DNA of 20,000 bases from an uncultured virus (IMG/VR IMGVR_UViG_3300044638_009799) (lineage: Duplodnaviria > Heunggongvirae > Uroviricota > Caudoviricetes): the IMG/VR virus record IMGVR_UViG_3300044638_009799; one strand, written 5' to 3'. The notes beneath the pieces were generated by a model. The model worked only from the letters and a program-made list of their open reading frames with translations, did not search any database and was not told the origin of the DNA. Made by a program: the position numbers and the translations under genes. Positions 8,274-17,388 of the stretch are shown piece after piece. The first letter of the stretch is position 1, and every line of letters starts with the position of its first letter.

Positions 8274-10349
8274 TTAGAACAGATCTTCTGCTAGATCGCC
8301 TCTTGCAAAAATACTGCTTACATAATCAAGCACATCTGTTGCGCTCTGCTCATTATAACCATATTTTTCAACAAGTCTTTGCTTAACCGCATCAATCTTC
8401 TTTTGAACATCTGGGTCAACTGTTGTCGCTCCAGATGAAAATGCACTTAGCTTAATGTGATCTTTTGTGTCTTCAAACAATTTTGCTTCCAAAGCTTTCT
8501 TAAGGAGGGAATTACTATCCCACCTAAAAACCTTTTGTTTAATAGCAAGATCACCAATAAATGCCGCAATCATTCTTCGGAAGTCATCACAAGTAGATTC
8601 TGGAACATCAATCTTACTCTCAATAGATCGCATTAATTTTTCATCTGGACTTTCTTCTCGTCCAGTAATCTTATTGGTAATTTTTGCTTTATTAATGTAA
8701 GCCATCAAATTGTCGATATAATTTGCACAAAGCCTGACAATTGCTTCTTCATCTCCAACAAGAGCCTTTTGAACTTCATTCTTAAGAATGTCATCAAGCT
8801 TCTTAGTTGCAAGAGTAACACAGTTTTGATACTTGCGCACCAAATCTTTATTAGAAATAAGAGAATGATTATCAAGTCCACTCTTTAAGGCATTTAACAC
8901 CATGAATGGATTGATGTAATCATGTCTGCTTGACAGCGTAGAAGAAATCTTGTCCTGCACATACCTTGCAGACATACCAGTCATGCCTTCATTCGGATTC
9001 TTATCTCTGAGTTCACGAACTCTATCAATTGTCCATCCGGGCAACATCTTTCCATCGTAAAGATCTGCCTTTTCAGTCAAAGTAATCTTATTGTCCTTAT
9101 CATCTTCCAAACGTGTCAACACTGAAAACAATGCAGCAATCTGCAAAGTATGAGGAGCAATATGTTGCTTAATCTTATTCAAATTATAATCTTGTTCCAA
9201 CACCTTAAGCTCCTTGCTCCATTCCAAGAGATAAGGAACTTCAATTCTTACAGTTCTGTCCTTTAAAGCTTCCATGTATTGGTTATTCTTTAACTTTTCG
9301 TACTCAGGAATGTTAGTGTGTCCAATGATAGCTTCGTCAATACTAATCTGAGAAAACTTCTTAGGCTTGATTGACTTCTCTTGTGATGCTCCGAGAAGAT
9401 CATACAAGAAAGCTGTTTCAAGCTTTAACATTTCAATGAATTCAATAACACCACGATTAGCAACGCAGAATTCCCCATCAAAATTGAATGTTCTTGGATC
9501 AGAATCACTTCCAAATGTTGGCAATAAAGCGAAATTAATATCACCAGTAAGCTCTGTACTATCTTGGTTCTTTTCGTCTTTAGGTTGGAAAGAAGCAATG
9601 CCAACTCTATCTGCTTCAGAATATTGCTTTCGGACAACAACAATGTGGTTGTTTACAACTTTAACCCAATCTCCATTATACATCTTGAGTAATTTGTCAA
9701 AGAAAAACTTACATTTTGGATTGATTTCACCTTCTACAGCAAGACTATAGAGAGTTGTTCTTTGTGATGGGTCAGCATTGCCGCTATGAATCTTATTTAG
9801 TTCATCAAGTACTTGCTTCCTTACTGTAAGGGGAAGAAGCTTCAAAGGATCTTCATTCATTGGGCAATCACAAACATCGCTTGTATAAAATCCATTCTGT
9901 CCTGTTGGGAGATTAACCCATTTATATGAATACCAAGCACCATTTTCAGTCTTGGAATAATCTTCCATGTTACGTTTAATTAATCGACAAATAGTAGATT
10001 TAGCAGAACCTACAGGTCCGCATAGAAGAAGTATGCGTTTTTCTGGACCATAATGTCCGGCTGCGCCCTTGAAATGAGCAACCAAAGACTCAAGCTGTTC
10101 TTCAATACCAAAAACTTTAATTTCTTCATGGTTCTCAAAAAACTTATAAGTTACGATCTTCTTGCGATACTTATCAATTTCTTCTGTTCCAAATGAAGTA
10201 ATCATGTCGTAAATTCTTTGATGAGAATTACGAGCCAATTTTGGATTGTTATAACATCTGTTAATATATTCTTCAAAGCCAAGCTCTTCATGGAGCTTTT
10301 TGTAATCATCAAGATTATTGTTATTAGCGAACTGTGTTAAACTAACCAT
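8274..10349 (-). CDS. prkA: PrkA/YeaG AAA+ ATPase (serine protein kinase family)
   Basis: ILLLCGPVGSAKST (Walker A), CPMNEDPL, FQPKDEKNQDSTELTG, SDSDPR, ANRGVIEFIEMLK, EALKDR, HIAPHTL, EGMTGMSAR. Confidence 0.95.
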   Translation of the reverse strand: MVSLTQFANNNNLDDYKKLHEELGFEEYINRCYNNPKLARNSHQRIYDMITSFGTEEIDKYRKKIVTYKFFENHEEIKVFGIEEQLESLVAHFKGAAGHYGPEKRILLLCGPVGSAKSTICRLIKRNMEDYSKTENGAWYSYKWVNLPTGQNGFYTSDVCDCPMNEDPLKLLPLTVRKQVLDELNKIHSGNADPSQRTTLYSLAVEGEINPKCKFFFDKLLKMYNGDWVKVVNNHIVVVRKQYSEADRVGIASFQPKDEKNQDSTELTGDINFALLPTFGSDSDPRTFNFDGEFCVANRGVIEFIEMLKLETAFLYDLLGASQEKSIKPKKFSQISIDEAIIGHTNIPEYEKLKNNQYMEALKDRTVRIEVPYLLEWSKELKVLEQDYNLNKIKQHIAPHTLQIAALFSVLTRLEDDKDNKITLTEKADLYDGKMLPGWTIDRVRELRDKNPNEGMTGMSARYVQDKISSTLSSRHDYINPFMVLNALKSGLDNHSLISNKDLVRKYQNCVTLATKKLDDILKNEVQKALVGDEEAIVRLCANYIDNLMAYINKAKITNKITGREESPDEKLMRSIESKIDVPESTCDDFRRMIAAFIGDLAIKQKVFRWDSNSLLKKALEAKLFEDTKDHIKLSAFSSGATTVDPDVQKKIDAVKQRLVEKYGYNEQSATDVLDYVSSIFARGDLAEDLF

Positions 10350-10350
10350 A

Positions 10351-10677
10351 TTATTCTACCTCTCCAAAGTGGTTACCACTGGAAATATCATCAATACGCC
10401 TATATGGATTTTCTCCAGCGTTTGATGCTTTTTCTGCGTCTCTACGAAGATTCTGAGCTTGTTCTAGATTGTAACCTGCACGATAATTAAAATTGTCAAA
10501 TTTGCTCGTATCTTTCGGTTGAGCAAATTTGACATTGGCATCATTTAACAGTTTTTTCTTTTTCTTTGAATTACAATGTGGACATGAGACACTAGCATAT
10601 CGACCTTTAGGATCGAACAATACTAGTGACTCATAATTTTTATTACAATTATTACACAAAAAATTATATGTAGGCAA
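10351..10677 (-). CDS. FmdB-family zinc-ribbon protein
   Basis: (M)PTYNFLCNNC...CPHCNS, i.e. MPxYxxxCxxC...CPxC. Probable TTG start at 10677 with AGGGG SD; ORF track extends to 10731. Confidence 0.8.
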   Translation of the reverse strand: MPTYNFLCNNCNKNYESLVLFDPKGRYASVSCPHCNSKKKKKLLNDANVKFAQPKDTSKFDNFNYRAGYNLEQAQNLRRDAEKASNAGENPYRRIDDISSGNHFGEVE

Positions 10678-10723
10678 GATACTAACCCCTGAACCAACCT
10701 TAAAATAGTATGGTTCAGGAAAA

Positions 10724-11005
10724 TCATTCACTGATAATTTTTTTTATTTCTTCATATACAATTTTAACTTTTTTCATTCTAGAAGGAATAGACATGAATG
10801 ACCACATCCATGAACCTTTACAAATTTTATATGCTTCTTCAATAAGCTTAGCTTGTATTTCTTGTTCTATGAGTATGTTTTGCTCCATCTGCATAGCAAC
10901 CATCTGTGAGTCGATGAAGGCATTTTCCTTATCATTTTCATCTTCATCTTCATCCTCATCCTCGAACCCATCATCGCCATAAGCAAAATCAAACCTGTTC
11001 TTCAT
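10724..11005 (-). CDS. Hypothetical protein with acidic N-terminus
   Basis: 93-aa ORF with GGAGG SD and a DDGFEDEDEDEDENDKE tract; overlaps the upstream gene end. Confidence 0.7.
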   Translation of the reverse strand: MKNRFDFAYGDDGFEDEDEDEDENDKENAFIDSQMVAMQMEQNILIEQEIQAKLIEEAYKICKGSWMWSFMSIPSRMKKVKIVYEEIKKIISE

Positions 11006-11579
11006 GGCGAACCTCCTGATTTAAAAGAGTTCTTATGCTTTTGGCATCTTCCCATATAGATTCTAATTTAATCTGATTTAAACTTTTATCTCTAGAGAAT
11101 AAACCGATATTATTTACTAGCTTGTGCCTAACTTCTTCAAAATTATTTTTAATATCCCAAAATGTCGCATGACAGTACTTATTTACTGCTATATCTTCAA
11201 TTAAAAATTCTTCATTATCTGGTGTCTCAGAACGCATAATCATAAAATCACTATCAAAATTTTTATTAAATTTAAATTTTCGCATACAAAAAACATTAGA
11301 AGTTACAATTGCGTAAGACTTATCCCAGATGTCAATATCTATAAGCTGATTCGGATGGAAGCAATCATGAATATAAATTACAGGAAAATTTAGTTTTCTA
11401 GCCCACCCAGCAAAATCAAAAGAAGGATTTCCAACAACAATAATAATTGGATTTATTTTTGGCAAATATTTAAAAAATGAGAACCAACATAAAAACGAAA
11501 AAATATCATGAGGTTTGTGCGGAGGGACAATAATTCCTAAATTAAATTTTGAATAATCGGTTTTTGGAAATAAAAGCAT
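10989..11579 (-). CDS. Hypothetical protein
   Basis: About 196-aa ORF; its ATG overlaps the TGA of the upstream 48-aa ORF (TGATG). Confidence 0.7.
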   Translation of the reverse strand: MLLFPKTDYSKFNLGIIVPPHKPHDIFSFLCWFSFFKYLPKINPIIIVVGNPSFDFAGWARKLNFPVIYIHDCFHPNQLIDIDIWDKSYAIVTSNVFCMRKFKFNKNFDSDFMIMRSETPDNEEFLIEDIAVNKYCHATFWDIKNNFEEVRHKLVNNIGLFSRDKSLNQIKLESIWEDAKSIRTLLNQEVRHEEQV

Positions 11580-11725
11580 CAAATCTTAAAGAGTTTTTTC
11601 ATTTCTTTTTTTGCAGAAGCTGGTTGTGGATTTTGATAATTCATCCTCAATACAGTAAAAGAATTATGGCGTTTACCACCATGACCGTTAGCCTCATCCA
11701 TTTTAATGAATTCTTTAAAAGTCAT
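11579..11725 (-). CDS. Small protein (48 aa) with T4 internal-protein-like N-terminus; not in the ORF track
   Basis: MTFKEFIKMDEANGHGGKRHNSFTVLRMNYQNPQPASAKKEMKKLFKI*. ATGA overlap with the upstream gene and TGATG overlap with the downstream gene fill the gap exactly. Confidence 0.75.
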   Translation of the reverse strand: MTFKEFIKMDEANGHGGKRHNSFTVLRMNYQNPQPASAKKEMKKLFKI

Positions 11726-12102
11726 GGGTTGCCACCTAAAGCAACATTTACTAACTGAGAAGCATTAGCTGGAGGATTTGTCTTAGTCAAATCTTGCATC
11801 GCTAATTGAAAATTTGGATCTTTGCGCAAAGTATCAATTGCATCTTTTGTCTTACCAGTTTGATATAACCTTAAAGCAGCTGAATTCTTTTGAGCAGCTG
11901 CATCAAGCTTCTTTCTAACAACAGGATTAATTTGCATTTGTTTACCTGCCTGATTAGGTGCTGATGACTGATTAGGTGCTGATGACTGATTACCAGCAGT
12001 AGGTGCCGCAGGAGCTGTAGGAGCTGTAGGAGCTGTACCAGTAGTTGGAGTGGTTCCTGTTTGTTCTTCTAGATTATTTAGAAATTTTTTAAATGATAAC
12101 AT
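11722..12102 (-). CDS. Low-complexity protein with MLSFKKFL leader (putative virion internal protein)
   Basis: Likely start ATG 12102 (MLSFKKFLNNLEEQ), just downstream of AATAAATA; PTA and NQSSAP repeats. Confidence 0.7.
   Translation of the reverse strand: MLSFKKFLNNLEEQTGTTPTTGTAPTAPTAPAAPTAGNQSSAPNQSSAPNQAGKQMQINPVVRKKLDAAAQKNSAALRLYQTGKTKDAIDTLRKDPNFQLAMQDLTKTNPPANASQLVNVALGGNP
11950..12040. repeat. Coding tandem repeats (18-bp x2 encoding NQSSAP; 9-bp units encoding PTA)
   Basis: ctgattaggtgctgatga x2 and gtaggagct-like units on the + strand. Confidence 0.8.
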
Positions 12103-12107
12103 GTCTA

Positions 12108-12115
12108 TATTTATT
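12108..12115 (-). promoter_or_regulatory. T4-late-like promoter motif AATAAATA
   Basis: Lies 5 nt upstream of ATG 12102; one mismatch from T4 TATAAATA. Confidence 0.5.
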
Positions 12116-12130
12116 GAGGAGGACTCAAAA

Positions 12131-12259
12131 ATGAAAACATTTATCACATTGGTAGTAGCTTTTGTTTTAGGTTTTTTAGTTGGCGTAACTTCAACAATCA
12201 TTGGACAATTTCATTACTGCCCATTTGTTAAAGCAAAACTCATCCATAAGCATGAATAA
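12131..12259 (+). CDS. Small single-pass membrane protein (42 aa)
   Basis: MKTFITLVVAFVLGFLVGVTSTIIGQFHYCPFVKAKLIHKHE*; strong GAGGAGGA SD; hydrophobic segment of about 20 aa. Confidence 0.6.
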   Translation: MKTFITLVVAFVLGFLVGVTSTIIGQFHYCPFVKAKLIHKHE

Positions 12260-13610
12260 TTTTATTAATAATATTAGTTGTTGATAGACCTTCAACTAAA
12301 GGAATGAATTCAATTCTATCAACAACATTGGCTCCAGCAATGTTTTTGCCTCGCCAATCCTCACCTTTGACCAAAACATTCGGCTTAATTGCCTCAATTA
12401 CACTTTGAGGAAACTCTTCTTCCAAAACAACAATAAAATCAACACATTCTATTGCTTTCAACATTTCAATCCTTTGACCCAAAGGAATTATTGGTCTTTT
12501 TTCACCCTTCAATTTAGCTATACTTTCATCTGAATTAATGCCAACGCATAGCTTGTCACCAAAAGATTTTGCCTGTTTTAAAGATGATATATGACCGAAA
12601 TGTGTAAGATCCATGCAACCATTAGTCCAAACTAAATTAAAATCCCTATTCCTCAACACGGCTGGATTAGTAATCAATTTGTCTTTAACAAAAAAATCTG
12701 ATGGATTCAAAGGTTTATTATAACGATTAGCAACATATTTTGTTCCAGCTTCAAATGCAATAGCTATTGCTTCTTGCAAATCAATTCCTGCGCTTAAAGC
12801 CATAGCCAAAAATGCTATATAAGCATCTCCAGCACCAGTCAGGTTTTCCGGTTTTATAGATTTTTTATCAGGAATTACATAATATATTTTTTCATTATGA
12901 TCAATTGCGCTTACACCCTCTCCTGCATTTGTAATCACAACATTATCACATCCCAGCAAAGCTTGAAGCCATTTTAACTGATCTTCAACTTTTTCTTTAT
13001 TAACAAATCTTTTTGCCTCAACAGAATTTGGCTTAAATAAATAACATCCTTCCCAAATATTAAGATTTTTCTTAGGATCAACAAGTGATTTACTTTGCTT
13101 TAAATAATTCTTATGCCAATTTGTAGAAAATAAACCTTTATCATAATCAGAAAATATGTTAATGTCTGAATCAGGAATTTTTATGTCACTTAGATATCTT
13201 GATATATCAAATAAACCAAAATTAGGCTGTTCAATGTCCCACCTAGTTAATGGATGAAAGTCCTTATAAAATCTTTTTTTTATTGGATTTTTAACATCTT
13301 TTGAAACAATAGAATACTTTGTATCAATGCCATTTAGTTCACATATGTCTTGCGTTTCTGGACTAATAAGCGAAATCAAGTTTGTCTTAATGTTAAAATT
13401 ACGGAATTGCATAACAACATTTGCGGCACCACCACACAATACTTTATGCGGTTTGTCTGTAACAGAACAATGAATGGGAATGGGAAACTCTGGACTAATA
13501 CGATCAACTTCTACTTGGTAATACTCATCAATTAAAACATCTCCAATAATATTTATTGTAATGTTTGATTTGTTTAATTTGTCAAAAAAACTTGAAAAAA
13601 AATTGCCCAT
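12240..13610 (-). CDS. hldE: Bifunctional heptose 7-phosphate kinase / heptose 1-phosphate adenylyltransferase (HldE/RfaE)
   Basis: PfkB domain: IIGDVLIDEY, DRISPEFPIP, GGAANV, SDYDKG, VDPK, KPN, TGAGD. C-terminal cytidylyltransferase-like domain: TNGCMDLTHFGH, GINSDESIAKLKG..RPI, KGEDW, GLSTTNII. Confidence 0.93.
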   Translation of the reverse strand: MGNFFSSFFDKLNKSNITINIIGDVLIDEYYQVEVDRISPEFPIPIHCSVTDKPHKVLCGGAANVVMQFRNFNIKTNLISLISPETQDICELNGIDTKYSIVSKDVKNPIKKRFYKDFHPLTRWDIEQPNFGLFDISRYLSDIKIPDSDINIFSDYDKGLFSTNWHKNYLKQSKSLVDPKKNLNIWEGCYLFKPNSVEAKRFVNKEKVEDQLKWLQALLGCDNVVITNAGEGVSAIDHNEKIYYVIPDKKSIKPENLTGAGDAYIAFLAMALSAGIDLQEAIAIAFEAGTKYVANRYNKPLNPSDFFVKDKLITNPAVLRNRDFNLVWTNGCMDLTHFGHISSLKQAKSFGDKLCVGINSDESIAKLKGEKRPIIPLGQRIEMLKAIECVDFIVVLEEEFPQSVIEAIKPNVLVKGEDWRGKNIAGANVVDRIEFIPLVEGLSTTNIINKIIHAYG

Positions 13611-13612
13611 GA

Positions 13613-13620
13613 AATAAATA
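13613..13620 (+). promoter_or_regulatory. T4-late-like promoter motif AATAAATA
   Basis: In the 33-bp gap between hldE and the divergent gene starting at 13644. Confidence 0.5.
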
Positions 13621-13643
13621 GAGTTATAACAGAAGGTAGAAAA

Positions 13644-14969
13644 ATGCTTAATTCATTAGACAAAAAAATATTTGACAAAAAATTTGTTGAATTTTTAGTT
13701 GAGAAAAATATCCATCCTTCACATTTGCTAAAACTAGCACATCAGATTAATTCTGAAACATTACTAAACGAAGAAGGAATGACAGGTTTTTTGGGTGGTA
13801 TTGGAGGAGGACTGACAGGTCTTTACCAAGGATTCAAAGCTGGTTGGGGTACAAAAGATATAAATGCAGCAGAAGACAGATTAAAAGATCAATTAGATTT
13901 TGCATACAGAACATTTTCGAATAGTATTGAAAAAGCTACAGGAAACCCAGCAACAGCACGATTGGTTTTAGACAGACTGAGAACTGGCAGTGATGTTTTT
14001 ACAGACGCTGCTATTGACAAACCAAGTCTTATATCAGGCAGATCACCAACATCACCATCTGGTGGCAGCGGCACCGATTGGCTAAATAATCTTTTAGGAG
14101 GAGGGGGAGGAGGTAGCAGTCCCAGAAGAAGAAGAACAAGAACAACTGCCCCAATAGATCCTCTTGACAGCGATACTCCAGTGGCAATAGCCGAACCACC
14201 ATCAGCATCACCAGTTGCGCCATCACCATCACCAACTACACCATCACCATCACCATCACCATCACCATCACCATCACCATCACCATCACCATCACCATCA
14301 ATTGGTGGATTGACTCCAACGCCAACATCAACACCAACTACCACACCGACTCCTACGCCAACTGCTCCCCCAAAAATGGGACCAGAGAAAGAAAAAACTT
14401 TAGAAAACCTTATCGAAAAAGATTTTTTAGAAAATTTCAACAATTTTGTTGAAAATATTTTTTATAAAATTGAAAATGATGGAGATTTTGTTAAAAGAAA
14501 ATTCCCATTTAAGACTTTAAGTGTCATAAAAAGACTTTATCAATATAAGTCACTTCCACTCAAAATGTCATATTTTGATCTTCACAGAAAAAACATGAGA
14601 ATCATAGGTGCAAAAAACTGGAAAGAAATGATGAAGGAGATTATAAAAACATTTGAATCTAATAAATGTGATTTTGGCAATGAAGAGTTTGTTAAAGATA
14701 TTGGAACCATTTTTAATGACACTTACAATGCAGGTGGATATTATGAGAGGTTAATAACTGATTTAACTAGATATAATGATAATTGGAAAAATTTAATAAA
14801 GGCTTTGAAAGAAATAGGAAAATATATTGATGATTTTTGCGAAAAAAATCCAAACAAATGTTCTGACAAAGGCGGAAAATATGGTGAAAAACTTTTAAAT
14901 AATCTAGAAGAAAATAAAAACATCACTTTTGCAAATTGGTTATTAATTCAAGAAAATATACTATTTTAA
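13644..14969 (+). CDS. Hypothetical protein with Gly-rich segment and Pro-Ser/Thr linker (putative virion protein)
   Basis: 441-aa ORF; KKFVEFLVE near the N-terminus; LLNEEG followed by a Gly-rich amphipathic stretch; (PS)10 and (TP)n linker. Confidence 0.8.
   Translation: MLNSLDKKIFDKKFVEFLVEKNIHPSHLLKLAHQINSETLLNEEGMTGFLGGIGGGLTGLYQGFKAGWGTKDINAAEDRLKDQLDFAYRTFSNSIEKATGNPATARLVLDRLRTGSDVFTDAAIDKPSLISGRSPTSPSGGSGTDWLNNLLGGGGGGSSPRRRRTRTTAPIDPLDSDTPVAIAEPPSASPVAPSPSPTTPSPSPSPSPSPSPSPSPSPSIGGLTPTPTSTPTTTPTPTPTAPPKMGPEKEKTLENLIEKDFLENFNNFVENIFYKIENDGDFVKRKFPFKTLSVIKRLYQYKSLPLKMSYFDLHRKNMRIIGAKNWKEMMKEIIKTFESNKCDFGNEEFVKDIGTIFNDTYNAGGYYERLITDLTRYNDNWKNLIKALKEIGKYIDDFCEKNPNKCSDKGGKYGEKLLNNLEENKNITFANWLLIQENILF
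14241..14300 (+). repeat. Perfect hexamer tandem repeat (CCATCA)10 encoding (Pro-Ser)10
   Basis: Directly visible in the sequence. Confidence 0.95.
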
Positions 14970-14996
14970 TAGTAAGTACAGTCACTTGGAGAAAAA

Positions 14997-15746
14997 ATGA
15001 AATTTTTGTTGCATATTTTTATTATTGCCATGTTTTCACTGTCATGTTTTGGTGCTGATTCATTAGTAGCAGTTGAGCCACCACCAATTCCCCAATCACC
15101 TGTATACAGTATTACCAATAAAGTCGAAGGTTTAGAACTTCCTGAACCAATCACAGTCGATAGCAGTGAAGGATTTCTTGTTGTCCAAGCTAAATCTAAG
15201 GGACAAGTTAAATGGTTTGTTGTCGGCAACAACAAAGTTAAATATGTTGCTAATGACGCTGCAAACAGTCTTATAGTTTCTGTCCCTCAATCTGGAAGTG
15301 TTAATGTTTTTGCAATTGCTCTTGTAGATGGAAAATTAACAGATTTTGCAAGAACAGACATTACTGTAAAAGGCGTAAAGCCAGATCCTGTCAAACCAGA
15401 TCCAACCGATCCTATTGATCCAGATGTAGTAATAGAAAAAGTTCCAGAAGGTTTGCATGTTACGTTTTTGACAGATTACAATGAGTCAACACCAGATATT
15501 GCAGCTGTTTTAAACAGCAAAGAAATTAGAGACATTGTCCTAAAAACAAAAAGTTTTTACAAAGTTTATGATGTTAATAGCTTAGTAGTTAAACAAAAGA
15601 AGATGGACACACTGCTTAAAAAATTAAGCAGTAACAACCTTTTTGTTGTTCAAAAGACTGATGGAACTGTTCTTTACTACAGTTCTATTCCAAAAACAGA
15701 AGTAGAAGTCGTTAAAATCCTAAATAAAATTACAAAAGGAGAATAA
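14997..15746 (+). CDS. Secreted protein with Pro/Asp-rich linker
   Basis: N-terminal signal peptide MKFLLHIFIIAMFSLSCFGA; beta-rich domain; KPDPVKPDPTDPIDPD linker; GGAG SD. Confidence 0.8.
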   Translation: MKFLLHIFIIAMFSLSCFGADSLVAVEPPPIPQSPVYSITNKVEGLELPEPITVDSSEGFLVVQAKSKGQVKWFVVGNNKVKYVANDAANSLIVSVPQSGSVNVFAIALVDGKLTDFARTDITVKGVKPDPVKPDPTDPIDPDVVIEKVPEGLHVTFLTDYNESTPDIAAVLNSKEIRDIVLKTKSFYKVYDVNSLVVKQKKMDTLLKKLSSNNLFVVQKTDGTVLYYSSIPKTEVEVVKILNKITKGE

Positions 15747-15747
15747 C

Positions 15748-16554
15748 ATGAGTTTTCCATCAATATATTTCGACGGCTATTACCGTATCCTTTCCCATAC
15801 CCCAAGCCCAGAAAACGATACTCCAAAATTTGGAGATTCATTCAGGAGCTTTGATGCTGCTGTTCTAAAAGAAATTGATATGTCTTGGCAAGGGCATAAA
15901 ATCTTAAACCAAAAATCAACTAACAGTTGTGTTGGTCATGCATCTACTGCTGGAATGGAGATTTTGCAAAAGCAACGTCAAAATGTTCAAAAAAGCTTTA
16001 ATCCATTCTTTCACTATGCGTTAATTAATGGTGGACAAGATGGTGGGGCTTATATTTCAGATAGCCTTAACATGCTTAGAAAGTATGGAATCTGTGAAAC
16101 AAGTGCGTTTCCACATGACCGTGTTTATTACAAGAGCAGTTTAACCAAAGCTGCTTATGATAATGCTGCTAGATTTAAGCTAGGATATGCTTATCAATGT
16201 AACACATTCGAAGAAGTTTGCCAAGCAATCAGCCTTGGTTTTGTTGTAAACATCGGCATCCTTGTTGGATCTAACTTTGCCAAAGTCGATTCAGAAGGCA
16301 TTGCTCCACTTCCAAATGGTGGTGGTGGCGGACACTCAATGCTTGCCTGCGGAATAAAGCAACACAGCAAATATGGCTGGTTGGTAAAGCTCCAAAATAG
16401 TTGGGGTTCAAACTTTGGATTAGGTGGCTATTGCTATGTTAGAAAAGAACATTTTACAAGCCGAAGCAAGCTTGATTGTTTTGCGTTCCAAGGTGTTGTA
16501 GAAGATCATCTAGATCAAGATAAGACAGACGATGTACCTGTTGTTAAAGTATAA
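15748..16554 (+). CDS. Papain-like cysteine peptidase (C1A family)
   Basis: NQKSTNSCVGHA (oxyanion Gln and catalytic Cys), GGHSMLACG (His), LQNSWG (Asn), GGQDGGA, FGLGGYCY. Confidence 0.92.
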   Translation: MSFPSIYFDGYYRILSHTPSPENDTPKFGDSFRSFDAAVLKEIDMSWQGHKILNQKSTNSCVGHASTAGMEILQKQRQNVQKSFNPFFHYALINGGQDGGAYISDSLNMLRKYGICETSAFPHDRVYYKSSLTKAAYDNAARFKLGYAYQCNTFEEVCQAISLGFVVNIGILVGSNFAKVDSEGIAPLPNGGGGGHSMLACGIKQHSKYGWLVKLQNSWGSNFGLGGYCYVRKEHFTSRSKLDCFAFQGVVEDHLDQDKTDDVPVVKV

Positions 16555-16564
16555 GGAGCTTGAA

Positions 16565-17041
16565 ATGAGCGAACCAGAAACAAGATATTCGTTGGCTGAT
16601 GTTGAGGTAATGAAAGAAAATGCCCTTAATATGGGGGCATCCACTGAATTTATTGCCGATTGTTTAAACAAGTATGGTCCTGAAGTCCTTAGCACTGTCA
16701 CAGAAGGATTAAGGAATGGATTTTCGTTTGCATTCATTCTTGAAAGTTTCAGATTGTTTGGTCCATTTGTTTTAGACTTCTTTATTTCCTTGATGTCTAA
16801 GAATAAAATGCAAGCAAATCTAATGGAAATCGCAAATCAAGAAACGCTAGGAGCAGCTGCTTTTAGCAGAGAAGATATCAATAATTTTGTTAAAGATGAA
16901 AATATTGACCTAATGAGTTCTAATCTCATTAAAGTTTTTATTGAAAAAATTCTTCCATATATTGGTAAGAAATATGGTCCTATTATCATCGAAGCAATTA
17001 TTGATGCAATTACAAAAGCTGTCGATGAGGACAAATTGTGA
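16565..17041 (+). CDS. Hypothetical helical protein
   Basis: Likely start ATG 16565 (AAGGAG SD); repeated KYGP/LFGP/KYGP helix-turn motif. Confidence 0.75.
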   Translation: MSEPETRYSLADVEVMKENALNMGASTEFIADCLNKYGPEVLSTVTEGLRNGFSFAFILESFRLFGPFVLDFFISLMSKNKMQANLMEIANQETLGAAAFSREDINNFVKDENIDLMSSNLIKVFIEKILPYIGKKYGPIIIEAIIDAITKAVDEDKL

Positions 17042-17388
17042 GATATCTAACTCTTGCTTTACTGTTTGCATTTAGCAAAATTTGCTTTGGTGAAGAATTA
17101 CCAGTTATAAAATTTCCAAACAAAAAAGAAATCGAAAAAGCAAAAATTAAAGAATTAATTAAAGAACTTGATGTAAACAGTAAAGAAGAGCTATCAAAGG
17201 CAGACCAACAAAAAAAAGAACTAAAAGAAAATCTAAAAGAAGAAATAAAACCTCTTCCGTCAACCGCTTCCAATCCATCTTCCCTCAAATTGTATAACAT
17301 GCCAACAACCAACAAGCCTATTTATACAACAAAGCCAATTTATTATAAAAAATCATCAATTAGATCGAAAGCATACTGTCCTACTTGA
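17038..17388 (+). CDS. Secreted Lys/Glu-rich protein ending CPT-TGA; possible CxxU selenoprotein extending to 17397
   Basis: GTGA overlap with the upstream gene; signal peptide MRYLTLALLFAFSKICFG; 3' end TAC TGT CCT ACT TGA CCA AAG TAG. Confidence 0.75.
   Translation: MRYLTLALLFAFSKICFGEELPVIKFPNKKEIEKAKIKELIKELDVNSKEELSKADQQKKELKENLKEEIKPLPSTASNPSSLKLYNMPTTNKPIYTTKPIYYKKSSIRSKAYCPT

Noticed and set aside
1189..10982. Short overlapping ORFs from the track (e.g. 1189-1404, 2443-2646, 4716-4964, 6132-6548, 7505-8035, 8467-8700, 9367-9750, 10710-10982)
   Set aside because: They lie antisense or out of frame within well-supported genes and show no motifs.
13889..14443. 184-aa minus-strand ORF with (DG)n repeats
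   Set aside because: Antisense shadow of the Pro/Ser/Thr-rich region of the 13644 gene.
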